In this document: positions 9,848-18,523 of the stretch, in pieces
Numbering within the stretch: the stretch's first letter is position 1
How the letters are laid out: each line of letters begins with the position of its first letter
NCBI GenBank assembly: GCA_964593065.1
Contig: CAZQGO010000001.1
Coordinates: 268,565 to 332,564, forward strand
DNA: 64,000 nt
Direction: 5' to 3'
From: an uncultured bacterium
GTDB lineage: Bacteria > Oederibacteriota > JAAXVQ01
Translations under genes and position numbers: made by a program
The notes under the pieces: model-generated
Database searches by the model: none
Told to the model about the DNA's origin: nothing
What the model saw: only the letters and a program-made list of their open reading frames with translations

Positions 9848-10788
9848 TTCGAGTATCTTCTTTCCGCCCGGAGCAGGAAGAGCTTGGCAACCGCCAGCGT
9901 GATGAAGCTCATGACGAACAGCACCAGGGCGAGGTAGAACAGGGAGGCCAGGTAGATGTTTTGATCCGCCTCGGTAAACTCGTTCGCCAGGGTGACGGTG
10001 ATGGTCGCGGCGGCGTCGAACAGCGAGGTGGGAATGCGGTGGTTGTTTCCCAAGACGAAGGCCACCGCCATGGTTTCTCCCAGTGCCCTCCCCAAGGACA
10101 GGACGATCCCGCCGAACACGCCCAGTTTCGCATAGGGCATGACCACGTCCCGGACGACTTCCCATTGGGTCGCGCCGAGCGCATAGGCGGATTCCTTCAC
10201 CACCGCCGGCGTGAGGTTGAAGGAATCGCGCGCGATGCTGGCGGTAAAGGGAATGAGCATGATGCTCAGGATGACGCTGGAGGTGAGGAGGTCCACGCCC
10301 AGCGGAGTACCGCTGAAAAGCAGCCCCAGCAGAGGAATTCCCCGGGTGAGGTTTTGTAGAAACGGCTCCACGACCTTGCTCATGATGGGCGAGAGCGTAA
10401 ACAAACCCCACATGCCGTAAATGATGCTGGGAATCGCCGCCAGCAATTCGATGGCCGTCCCGATGGGGCCTTTCAGGAAATTCGGCGAAACTTCGGTTAA
10501 AAAAATGGCGATGCCGAGCGCGACCGGAATCGCCATGAGCAGCGACAGGAGTGTGGTAATCAGGGTTCCGAAGATGTTCGTGAGGGCTCCGAATTGTTCC
10601 TTGACGGGGTCCCAGGCGGTGGAGAAAAGGAAATGGAAAATCCCGAAACGCTGAATCGCGGGCAGGGATTCGTAGATGAGAACCCATAAAATGCCGATGA
10701 TGAACAAAATGATGGCGAACGAGGCCAAACCCGTAAGCGAAGAAAACAATAAATCCACCGGGTCCTTTTTCGCCGTTTGAGCGGGCAT
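9844..10788 (-). CDS. pstC: Phosphate ABC transporter permease PstC
   Basis: Polytopic permease with the loop [15 protein letters not shown]. The probable start is MPAQTAKK at 10788. Confidence 0.9.
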   Translation of the reverse strand: MPAQTAKKDPVDLLFSSLTGLASFAIILFIIGILWVLIYESLPAIQRFGIFHFLFSTAWDPVKEQFGALTNIFGTLITTLLSLLMAIPVALGIAIFLTEVSPNFLKGPIGTAIELLAAIPSIIYGMWGLFTLSPIMSKVVEPFLQNLTRGIPLLGLLFSGTPLGVDLLTSSVILSIMLIPFTASIARDSFNLTPAVVKESAYALGATQWEVVRDVVMPYAKLGVFGGIVLSLGRALGETMAVAFVLGNNHRIPTSLFDAAATITVTLANEFTEADQNIYLASLFYLALVLFVMSFITLAVAKLFLLRAERRYSK

Positions 10789-10914
10789 GAGTCTTTTCCC
10801 CTCCGCAGGGGTGATCCACAAGTCGCGTGGTGGGCATCCGAGCGGGCTCCTACCCGCCCCGGCCGGGCCCGGCACCGGTTCGGGAGAACCTCCGCAGCGG
10901 GAGAGTCTGACGGA

Positions 10915-10959
10915 CCCAACCGGCGAATGGAGCCGTTTCGGCCCGACCCGCCGGTTGGG
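10915..10959 (-). promoter_or_regulatory. Intercistronic stem-loop between pstS and pstC
   Basis: Perfect 11-bp inverted repeat CCCAACCGGCG / CGCCGGTTGGG (10915-10925 and 10949-10959) with a 23-nt loop, inside the 186-nt pstS-pstC gap. Confidence 0.5.
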
Positions 10960-10974
10960 CTTGGCTTCCCGGTC

Positions 10975-11988
10975 TTACTGCAGGCCGTTCGCTTTCCAGT
11001 AGGCCCGAATTTTGTTTTTCAACGATTCGGGCAGCGGCACGTAGATCAGTTCCTTCGCCTTGGCGTCGCCGTTCGTAAAAGCCCAATCATAGAAGGCCGC
11101 CACCTTTTTATTGGCGTCCTTCTTTTCCTTGGCCAGCAGAATGAAGGTAGCGCCGGCTATCGGCCAGGCGTTCTTGCCCGGCGCATTGACGAGCCAGAGA
11201 TCAAAATGGTTGTCGGCGCTGAAATCAGCCGTCGCCGCGGCGTCCTCGAAGGTCTCGAAACTCGGCGCCACGAAATTGCCCGCCGCATTTTTCAAAATCA
11301 CATATGCCAGCTTGTTCTGCTCCGCATAGGCATACTCGACATAGCCGATCGAGTTCGCCGTTCTCTGGGTATAGTTCGCCACGCCTTCGTTGCCCTTGCC
11401 ACCGATTCCGACGGGCCAGGCCAGTGATTTGCCGGCACCGACTTTCGTTTTCCACTCCGGGGAGACTTCGCTGAGGTAAGTCGAGAAGATCGCCGTTGTC
11501 CCGGAACCGTCCGAACGGTGGACCACGCTGATTTCAGCACGGGGAAGCTTCACCTTGGGGTTCATGGACTGGATGGCCTTGTCGTCCCAGCGCTTGATTT
11601 CACCCAGGAAAATCCTGGCCAAAACAATGCCGTCCAGTTTCAATGCGCCCGCCTTCACCCCGGAAATATGGACCACGGGAACCACGCCTCCCATGACGGC
11701 GGGAAATTGCAGCAGCTTGTCCTTTTGAAGTTCCTCGGTGGTCAGCGGTGCATCGGACGCTCCGAAATCCACGGTCCGCGCCGTAATCTGACGGACGCCG
11801 CCGCCCGACCCGATGGACTGGTAGTTCAGTTGCATGCCCGTCGCCTGATGGTAGTCATAGGCCCAGGCGGAATAGACCGGGAAGGGAAAGGAAGCTCCCG
11901 CCCCGTTCAGGGTCTCCGCGGCCTGCGCCACAGAAACGGCGGACAACAATGCCAAAGCTGTCGTGGCTAAAAATTTAGCGAACCGCAT
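10975..11988 (-). CDS. pstS: Phosphate-binding protein PstS
   Basis: 337 aa with signal peptide MRFAKFLATTALALLSAVSVAQA. GAGASFPFPVY and RSDGSGTT motifs of PstS-type periplasmic phosphate-binding proteins. Confidence 0.93.
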   Translation of the reverse strand: MRFAKFLATTALALLSAVSVAQAAETLNGAGASFPFPVYSAWAYDYHQATGMQLNYQSIGSGGGVRQITARTVDFGASDAPLTTEELQKDKLLQFPAVMGGVVPVVHISGVKAGALKLDGIVLARIFLGEIKRWDDKAIQSMNPKVKLPRAEISVVHRSDGSGTTAIFSTYLSEVSPEWKTKVGAGKSLAWPVGIGGKGNEGVANYTQRTANSIGYVEYAYAEQNKLAYVILKNAAGNFVAPSFETFEDAAATADFSADNHFDLWLVNAPGKNAWPIAGATFILLAKEKKDANKKVAAFYDWAFTNGDAKAKELIYVPLPESLKNKIRAYWKANGLQ

Positions 11989-12023
11989 GATCGTTTTCCT
12001 CCGTTTATTTGGATGATGGATCG

Positions 12024-12056
12024 AGCATACACGATCTCATGTTAGATTCTTGTTAG
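12024..12056 (-). promoter_or_regulatory. Pho-box-like direct repeat plus -10 element upstream of pstS
   Basis: On the minus strand: CTAACAA-GAAT-CTAACAT (12056-12039), 9 nt, TATGCT (12029-12024). The 7+4+7 layout with 11-bp period and the position about 10 bp upstream of a -10 match the E. coli Pho box architecture (CTGTCAT-AAAA-CTGTCAT). Confidence 0.5.
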
Positions 12057-12173
12057 GCTTCGATGAGTTTCTCGTATGCGCATCTGTGCTTGGCTTTTTC
12101 GGGTCCGGCGGTTTCCGCCGAACCCGGTTTCGCTTGCGTTGCGCCGGGAAGACCCGGCGGTGTTTTGCGGCAC

Positions 12174-13229
12174 CTATTTGAACTTCATCACCAGGTCCGC
12201 CTGCAGCCGGTTGTACGGCAGCGGATCGGGAGTGCTGACCGCGTACCGGCTGGCGATATATGTTAAACCGACCGTGAAATTGTCCCAGGGGGCGTATTCC
12301 GCCGAGGCGATCACGCCATCCGAATCGGGCAGGGCGTTGGCGAAGTCCGAATCGCCCATCGAACCGGCCTCGGCCGCGAGCGCGCGGTAGTCCACGCTGG
12401 CCTGCCAGGTACCCTGCTTGCCGGCCTTGCCGACCCCGACCCCGGCCAGATAACCGGTATTGTCCCGGCTTTTGTCGCCGTTCAGGACGTAGGAACCGTA
12501 CACCTTGACCGGCAGATCACCGAGCTGGGTCCCGGCTTCCAGGAAGAACTCGTCCATAAGCACGTCGGTGAGCGTGAACTCGTGATACCCGCCGCCGACC
12601 TTGACCTTGATGCTGTCGATCGCGATGACGACTCCCGCCTGGAACGCGTACAGCATCTTGTCCACCGAGTTCGAGACCTCGTCGATCCAGAAGCCGCCCA
12701 GGGTCCCGAAAACCGTGAGCATGTCAGCGGCCGGGATCTCGGCGGCGACCGCCATGCCTTCCGGGGTGATGTCGCCGTCGTAGATGAGCGGCGCCTTGCC
12801 CAGAGTCACGAAGGGATTCTTGATCTTGCCGCCGGTGAGCGACAGCACGTCACCCAGCGGCGAGAGGGTGAACTGAGCCAGGTCCAGCCCGATGCCCTTG
12901 TTGTCGAAACTTCCGGTCAGGGTCTGGTTCCGGGAGTTGATCTCGCCGGGCGACGTGGCGAGTCTGACCTCAGTATCCAGCACGTCGTTGACCTTGGCCT
13001 GAAGCCCGAAGCGGAGGCGGATGCGCTGGCGGTCGCGCTGGGGCCGGCTGACCACGTCCCCGGTGACCAGGTCAACCTGGGAATCCTGGATGTTCTCGTG
13101 GCGGTAACGCAGATCCCCGGACCAACTGATGTGGTCGTACCACTCGGCCCCGGCCACCCGTGCGGCCGGGAGAACGAACGCTCCGGTCAAAACCGCGGCG
13201 AAGATGATGCGAACAATACTTTTCGGCAT
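12174..13229 (-). CDS. Outer-membrane beta-barrel porin, probably phosphate-starvation associated
   Basis: Strong AAGGAG RBS before ATG 13229. Signal peptide MPKSIVRIIFAAVLTGAFVLPAARVAGA, alternating beta-strand pattern and an aromatic C-terminus (VMKFK). Located between pstS and phoR. Confidence 0.7.
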   Translation of the reverse strand: MPKSIVRIIFAAVLTGAFVLPAARVAGAEWYDHISWSGDLRYRHENIQDSQVDLVTGDVVSRPQRDRQRIRLRFGLQAKVNDVLDTEVRLATSPGEINSRNQTLTGSFDNKGIGLDLAQFTLSPLGDVLSLTGGKIKNPFVTLGKAPLIYDGDITPEGMAVAAEIPAADMLTVFGTLGGFWIDEVSNSVDKMLYAFQAGVVIAIDSIKVKVGGGYHEFTLTDVLMDEFFLEAGTQLGDLPVKVYGSYVLNGDKSRDNTGYLAGVGVGKAGKQGTWQASVDYRALAAEAGSMGDSDFANALPDSDGVIASAEYAPWDNFTVGLTYIASRYAVSTPDPLPYNRLQADLVMKFK

Positions 13230-13450
13230 GATCGTATGACTCTCCTTCTTGGTTGATTTGATCCTCGTCGTTGAGGTCATGCATCTTCCCACTGATGCGG
13301 GAGTGGAGTGCCCCCTCCCCTTGAACTCGTATCCCGCTTTTCACCTCCCCCGCTCCGCGTAATTGATTCGCGAACGCCGAGGCCATCCTTCGATGCCCGT
13401 TTGAAACGCCGAAAGCGAAGCTGGCGTGCCTGAGCGAATCGGGCAAGAAA

Positions 13451-13490
13451 GTATCAAAAGCGGGTTAGACAGAAATGAATGGCAAGTTAG
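13451..13490 (-). promoter_or_regulatory. Tandem Pho-box-like repeats upstream of the porin gene
   Basis: On the minus strand: CTAACTT-gcca-TTCATTT-ctgt-CTAACCC-gctt-TTGATAC. That is four 7-mers on an 11-bp period, with CTAAC recurring at 22 bp. It lies immediately downstream of the phoR stop. Confidence 0.42.
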
Positions 13491-13497
13491 AAAAGGA

Positions 13498-15285
13498 TTA
13501 AATCCGACCTGGAGGGGAAGCCGGTAGCCGCAGGGAGAAGACGCTGCCGCGGCCGGGCGTGCTGTCGACGTGGACCGTGCCGCCGTGCGCGTTCAGAATG
13601 TGCTTGACGATGGACAGCCCCAGCCCGGAGCCGCCGGAGTCGCGGCTGCGGGACTTGTCCACGCGGTAGAAACGTTCGAAGAGCCGGGTCAGGTGCTCGG
13701 TCGCGATGCCCGGACCCTGGTCGGCCACGGCGAGCACGATTTCGGATTGCGAGACGGAGGCGGTCAGGCGGACTTCCCGGTCCGGCTCGCTGTACTTGAC
13801 GGCATTATCTACGAGGTTGCCAAGGGCCTGCTCGAGCAGGCGCTCGTTCATGGGCACTCGGATGCTTTCCGGGCAGTCGAGTTCGAGGCGGATGTGCTTG
13901 GCTTCGGCCGCGGAGCGGAACTGGTTGACGACCGCGAGCAGGACCGGCCGCAGGGGGCGGAGTTCCAGCGGAATTTCGCCGCGCTCCGCATCCTGCTCGA
14001 TGCGCGACAGGGTCAACAAGTCGTCGATGATGGTGTTCAGGCGCGCGGATTGCTTGGACATGATGTCCAGGAAACGCCGGGCATCCTCGGGCTTGGCCAG
14101 GGCGCCTTCCTGCAGGGTTTCCACGAAGCCCTGGATGAGCGTGACCGGGGTTTTAAGTTCGTGGGAGACGTTGGCGACGAAATCCCGCCGGACATTCTCC
14201 AGGCGCTTCAAACGCGTGACGTCATTGAGCACGATCACGGCCCCGATGCCGCGGTCCTCCATGTCCCGCAAGACCGAACCTCTCACCTGCAGGTAGCAAT
14301 CCGGTTCGCCCGGCAGCACGATGTCCTGCTCCGCGGGTTCGGCGCTCTCCAGAATATGATCCACCAAGTGTTGCAGCTGGCTGTTGCGGATCAGTTCAGG
14401 CAGCGGCCTCCCGATCCCCCGGGAGGCGTCAATCCCCAGCAGCCGCGACGCGGCGAGGTTCAACCTGAGCAGGCGGCCTTCGAGATCCACCGCCAGCACG
14501 CCTTCGGACATGCTGGCCAGGATGGCCTGCAGCTCGTGCTGCTGCCGGCCGCCGGCGCGGATGCGCTCGTCGAGTTGAGCGGCCATTTGGTTCAAACTGT
14601 CCGCCAAGGTGGCGGCCTCGGCGGAGCCCGAAACCAGCAGCTTATGCTGGAAGTCGCCGCGCGCGAAGCGTTCCGCGCCGGTTTTCATGTCCTCCAGGGG
14701 GAGGCTCAGGCGCGTGGAAACCCAGAAGCTCAAGGCTCCCGCCAGGGAAATGATGATGAGGCCGGCCACCGCGAATTGAAAATACGCATGCCGCAGGGCC
14801 GAGAAGAAGGGTGCCGCGGGAATGGCCAGGCGAAGTACGGCCGCCACCCGCCCGTCTCGGCGCAACGGAACGGCCAGGTAGATCATCCTTTTCCGCAAGG
14901 TATAGCTGAAGCGGCGGGATGTCCCCCGCCCTGCATGCAAGGCGGTGTAGACCTCCGGCCGGGTGAGATGATTATCCATCCGGAGGGGGTCCTCGTGGGA
15001 GTCCGCCGCGACCTTGCCGGTAGGCAGGATGACCGTGATCCGCGCCACGGCCCTCCGGCTCAATTCCGGGACGGCCGCTTGCAGTTCCCGGGCGTGCTCC
15101 GGGGTCAGCAATCCCTGCAACCGGGGTTCAACCAGCCGGGCCTTGCTTTCCAGGCTGGTGAGGATTTGCGACAGGGAGAAGCTGCGCAGAAAACCGGCGG
15201 CGATCCAGATCACGGCCCCCAAGGACAGGGCGGTGATCAAAAGGTAGGAGGGAAAGAGTTGCCAGCGAAGCCGTTTGCGGTGCAT
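13498..15285 (-). CDS. phoR: Phosphate regulon sensor histidine kinase (PhoR-like)
   Basis: 595 aa with two N-terminal TM segments, HAMP, a PAS-like segment, H-box SHELKTPVT, and the N and G boxes of HATPase_c (DNAVKYS, DQGPGI, GGSGLGLSIV). Confidence 0.85.
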   Translation of the reverse strand: MHRKRLRWQLFPSYLLITALSLGAVIWIAAGFLRSFSLSQILTSLESKARLVEPRLQGLLTPEHARELQAAVPELSRRAVARITVILPTGKVAADSHEDPLRMDNHLTRPEVYTALHAGRGTSRRFSYTLRKRMIYLAVPLRRDGRVAAVLRLAIPAAPFFSALRHAYFQFAVAGLIIISLAGALSFWVSTRLSLPLEDMKTGAERFARGDFQHKLLVSGSAEAATLADSLNQMAAQLDERIRAGGRQQHELQAILASMSEGVLAVDLEGRLLRLNLAASRLLGIDASRGIGRPLPELIRNSQLQHLVDHILESAEPAEQDIVLPGEPDCYLQVRGSVLRDMEDRGIGAVIVLNDVTRLKRLENVRRDFVANVSHELKTPVTLIQGFVETLQEGALAKPEDARRFLDIMSKQSARLNTIIDDLLTLSRIEQDAERGEIPLELRPLRPVLLAVVNQFRSAAEAKHIRLELDCPESIRVPMNERLLEQALGNLVDNAVKYSEPDREVRLTASVSQSEIVLAVADQGPGIATEHLTRLFERFYRVDKSRSRDSGGSGLGLSIVKHILNAHGGTVHVDSTPGRGSVFSLRLPASPPGRI

Positions 15286-15287
15286 GC

Positions 15288-15974
15288 CTACTCCTGGAAA
15301 CGGTAGCCGACGCCCCGGACGGTTTCAATGTATTTGCCGAAGCGGCCCAGCTTCTTCCGCAAGCCCACGATCTGCACGTCCACGGCCCGGTCCGTGACCG
15401 CGTACTCCTCGCCCCGGATGCCCTCCACGATCTGATAGCGGGAGAACACCCAGCCGGGCCGGCCGGCGAGCAGGAGCAGAATGCGGAATTCGGTGAAGGT
15501 AAGTTCCAGGGGCTTGCCGGCGGCCAGGACTTCGTGGCGGCCGGGGTTGATGACGAGTTCATGCGCGCGCAGCGTCGCCCCCTCCTCGGCGGCCGGCTTT
15601 TTCCGGCGGCGGAGGCTGGCCCGGATGCGCGCGATCAGGACCTTGGGGCTGAAGGGCTTGGCGATGTAATCCTCGGCTCCCAGTTCCAGGCCCGTGACCA
15701 CGTCCGTGTCCTCGCTTTTGGCGGTGAGCATGATGATGGGCACGTGTCGGGTTTTGGCGTCGTTTTTCAGTATTTTGCAGACTTCCCAGCCGTCCATGCC
15801 GGGCAGCATGAGGTCTAAAACCACGAGATCCGGAGGGTTGGCCCGGGCGGCCTTGACGGCCTTTTCCCCGGTAGCGACCGTCTGGACGGTATAGCCCTCC
15901 TTGGCCAGGTTGTAGCGGATCAACTCCAGGATGTCCGCTTCGTCCTCCACAACCAGAATTTTATGTTTAAGCAT
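15288..15974 (-). CDS. phoB: OmpR-family response regulator (PhoB-like)
   Basis: Receiver domain ILVVEDE...VVLDLMLPGMDG plus winged-helix output domain (LTFTEFRILLLLA, VDVQIVGLRKKL). ATG 15974 is preferred over GTG 16004 because of the upstream Pho-box-like site. Confidence 0.88.
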   Translation of the reverse strand: MLKHKILVVEDEADILELIRYNLAKEGYTVQTVATGEKAVKAARANPPDLVVLDLMLPGMDGWEVCKILKNDAKTRHVPIIMLTAKSEDTDVVTGLELGAEDYIAKPFSPKVLIARIRASLRRRKKPAAEEGATLRAHELVINPGRHEVLAAGKPLELTFTEFRILLLLAGRPGWVFSRYQIVEGIRGEEYAVTDRAVDVQIVGLRKKLGRFGKYIETVRGVGYRFQE

Positions 15975-16022
15975 TAGGGCCCCCACGAGTCCTGCAGTGT
16001 ACACGCTCTCATGCCGGGGTGC

Positions 16023-16040
16023 AGGTTAGAATCCGGTTAG
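16023..16040 (-). promoter_or_regulatory. Pho-box-like direct repeat upstream of phoB
   Basis: On the minus strand: CTAACCG-GATT-CTAACCT (16040-16023). It overlaps the stop codon of the DUF1499 gene. A TACACT -10 candidate lies at 16001-15996. Confidence 0.42.
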
Positions 16041-16543
16041 TTTTTCCCTTGGATTTCGTGAGTCGTACCCGGTTCCGGCCGTTGCCGCAGCCACGGCAGT
16101 TTTTGGCGTATGGCCAGCAGGCGGCGCCGGTTCACCCCGAAGTCGCCGTACCCCAAGCGCGCGGCCGAGCGGAACTGGATGAGTCCGTGCGCCTGGTCGA
16201 AATAAAATTCCCCGTCGTCGACGAAGCCCCATACGGCGCTGGTGAACTCCGCGTGCAGGTAATCGTCGCTTTCGGTCACGATCCGGGAACGCGGCAGGGA
16301 CAACAGCGCTTGCTTCAGCTCGGCCCGGGCCCGGGCGAGCGGCGGGGGATACGGCCAGGGAGGAAGAAAATGGGCCGGGTCATCGCATTGGCTGCACACG
16401 CAATTGGGGGAAGGAGGACACGGAGCCAGGCGGCCTGCGTGCAAGCCGAGCGCAGCCGGGGGGCGGCCGGCACATCCTGTCGTCACACAAAAAATCATGC
16501 CCGGCAGCAGCCACAACCAGCACGACGCAGATCGCATTTTCAT
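16037..16543 (-). CDS. DUF1499 family lipoprotein
   Basis: Lipobox VTTGC after a signal peptide. PCPPSPNCV and FVDDGEFYF...FRSAARLGYGDFGVNRRR match what I recall of DUF1499. Confidence 0.7.
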   Translation of the reverse strand: MKMRSASCWLWLLPGMIFCVTTGCAGRPPAALGLHAGRLAPCPPSPNCVCSQCDDPAHFLPPWPYPPPLARARAELKQALLSLPRSRIVTESDDYLHAEFTSAVWGFVDDGEFYFDQAHGLIQFRSAARLGYGDFGVNRRRLLAIRQKLPWLRQRPEPGTTHEIQGKN

Positions 16544-16589
16544 AAACCTCGCTGCCGGGAGCGCCCCGGAATGACGGTCCGGCTTCCGG

Positions 16590-18350
16590 CTACGGATTTC
16601 CCGGCAGCCGGTGGCCCGTCTTCAACAATTCGGTCATGATCTCCGCCGGAACCGGCGGGCTGAAAAGAAAACCCTGCATCTCGTCGCAGTGCAGGCCGGA
16701 AATGAAGGACAGCTGCCCCTCCGTTTCCACGCCTTCCGCGATGACATTCAGGTTCAGATTCTTGGCCAGGGAAGCGATGGCCGTGACCAAGGCGGCGTTG
16801 TCGGAATTGACCAGGCTGTCCCGGATGAAGGAACGGTCGATTTTCAGGGTGTCGATCGGGAAACGCTTCAGGTACATGAGCGAGGAGTACCCGGTTCCGA
16901 AGTCGTCGATGGCGATGCGGATGCCCTTCTTGTTCAACCACTTGAGGATCATATTGGTGATGTTGATGTCCTTCATGAGAATGCTTTCCGTGATCTCGAG
17001 TTCCAGGAACGTCGGCTGCAGCTCCGCTTCGGCCAGGATCTTGAGGATGGTTTCCACCAATTCCGGCTCCTGGAACTGGCGGGCGCTCAAGTTGACGGCC
17101 ATGCGCATAGCCGGCAGGCCGGCCAGCTGCCAGGCGCGGTTTTGCGCGCAGGCCGTGGCCAGCACCCATTTGCCCAAGGGCACGATCAGGCCTGTCTCCT
17201 CGGCCAGGGGGATGAATTCGATCGGGCCCAGGATGCCGAGCTCGGGATGCTGCCAGCGCACCAGGGCTTCGGCGCCGATGATTTGCCCGGTTTGCACATT
17301 GACCTGCGGCTGATAGTAGACCAAAAATTCCTCCCGCTCCAGGCCGCGGCGCAGCGCGTTTTCCAGGGCCAGGCGCTCGGAGGCCAGGGCCTGGATTTTC
17401 ACCTTGTAAAACTTGTAATTGCTGCGCCCCGCGTCCTTGGCGTCGTACAGGGCCGCATCGGCGTTTTTCAGCAGCGTCTGGGAATCGTTCGCGTCCTCGG
17501 GATACAGGCTGATCCCGAGGCTGGCGTTGATGTGCAGTTCGCGGCCGTCGCACACGAAGGGTTCCTGAAAGGCGTCCATGATGCTCTGGGCCTGAACGAT
17601 CGCTTCGCGGAAATGGGTCAGCCCGGGCAGCAACAACAGGAATTCGTCGCCGCTCATGCGGGCGATGGTGTCCTCCTTGCGCAGGCGGCCGGAGAGGCGT
17701 TCCCCGACGAGTTGAATCACCTGGTCTCCCAGGCGGTGGCCCAGGGTCTCGTTGATGACCTTGAAACGGTCCAGATCCAGGATCATGACCGCCACCATCT
17801 GCTGGTTTTGCTTGGCCCGGGCCAGGGCGCGGAGCAGGAGGTCGTTGAACAGCGTCTGGTTCGGAAGGTCCGTCAGGGCATCATGGTAGGCCATGTGCTT
17901 GAATAACTTTTCGGTTTTTTTGCGCTCGCTCAAATCCTCCAGCAAGCCGATGTAGTGTGTGATGACCCCCTCGGGATTTTTCAGGGGCGTGATCAGGGCG
18001 GACTCCCAGTACAAATCGCCGTTTTTTTTCCGGTTTTGGAATTCGCCCCGCCATTCCCGGCCCGCGGTGATGGAATTCCACAAATCCTGGTAGGCCCAGA
18101 CGGGCGTGTTCCCGGACTGCAGGAGGCTGGGCTTCCGGCCGTAGACTTCCTCGCGGGCGTACCCGGTGAGCTGGCAAAAACGCGGATTGACGTAAATGAT
18201 GCCGCCCTGTGCATCGGTGATGAGGACCGAGACCGAGCTTTGTTCCACGACCCGCGAAAAGAGGCGCAGCTGTTCGTCGCGCGCCTCCGCGGTGGCCGGG
18301 TTGGATTCGGGGGCAGAGGGAGATATTCCGGGTGCGGCGTGATCCGGCAT
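16590..18350 (-). CDS. PAS-GGDEF-EAL c-di-GMP signalling protein
   Basis: PAS domain (FSRVVEQSSVSVLITD...). GGDEF domain with variant SGDEF and an RKED I-site 5 aa upstream. EAL domain (GAEALVRW, DDFGTGYSSL, KIDRSF). Confidence 0.9.
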   Translation of the reverse strand: MPDHAAPGISPSAPESNPATAEARDEQLRLFSRVVEQSSVSVLITDAQGGIIYVNPRFCQLTGYAREEVYGRKPSLLQSGNTPVWAYQDLWNSITAGREWRGEFQNRKKNGDLYWESALITPLKNPEGVITHYIGLLEDLSERKKTEKLFKHMAYHDALTDLPNQTLFNDLLLRALARAKQNQQMVAVMILDLDRFKVINETLGHRLGDQVIQLVGERLSGRLRKEDTIARMSGDEFLLLLPGLTHFREAIVQAQSIMDAFQEPFVCDGRELHINASLGISLYPEDANDSQTLLKNADAALYDAKDAGRSNYKFYKVKIQALASERLALENALRRGLEREEFLVYYQPQVNVQTGQIIGAEALVRWQHPELGILGPIEFIPLAEETGLIVPLGKWVLATACAQNRAWQLAGLPAMRMAVNLSARQFQEPELVETILKILAEAELQPTFLELEITESILMKDINITNMILKWLNKKGIRIAIDDFGTGYSSLMYLKRFPIDTLKIDRSFIRDSLVNSDNAALVTAIASLAKNLNLNVIAEGVETEGQLSFISGLHCDEMQGFLFSPPVPAEIMTELLKTGHRLPGNP

Positions 18351-18523
18351 GTGGCCAGCCTCTCCGAAAACAAGATGCAGGGAAAGCGAAAATACGGGAA
18401 ACTAAAAAATTTATACCATGATTTGACTAAATTATATAGAATAAATCTGCCGGAACAGGGAGTTCGGGCCGCGAACTCGGCCGGGATCCGCGCCCGTTGC
18501 GGGTGGAGAGGGAGAGAAGGTCC

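Noticed and set aside
8247-10837. Very long versions of the pstB (547 aa) and pstA (610 aa) ORFs in the ORF track
   Set aside because: The N-terminal extensions run through the upstream pst genes in other frames and are R/P/G-rich. The internal starts give proteins of canonical length with ATGA/GTGA coupling.
12100-12160. GC-rich hairpins between the porin stop and pstS as intrinsic terminators
   Set aside because: The stems (CGCCGGG-tctt-CCCGGCG and CGGGTTCGGCGG-aaa-CCGCCGGACCCG on the minus strand) are not followed by U-tracts on the transcribed strand. They may still be structural, but I cannot support a terminator call.
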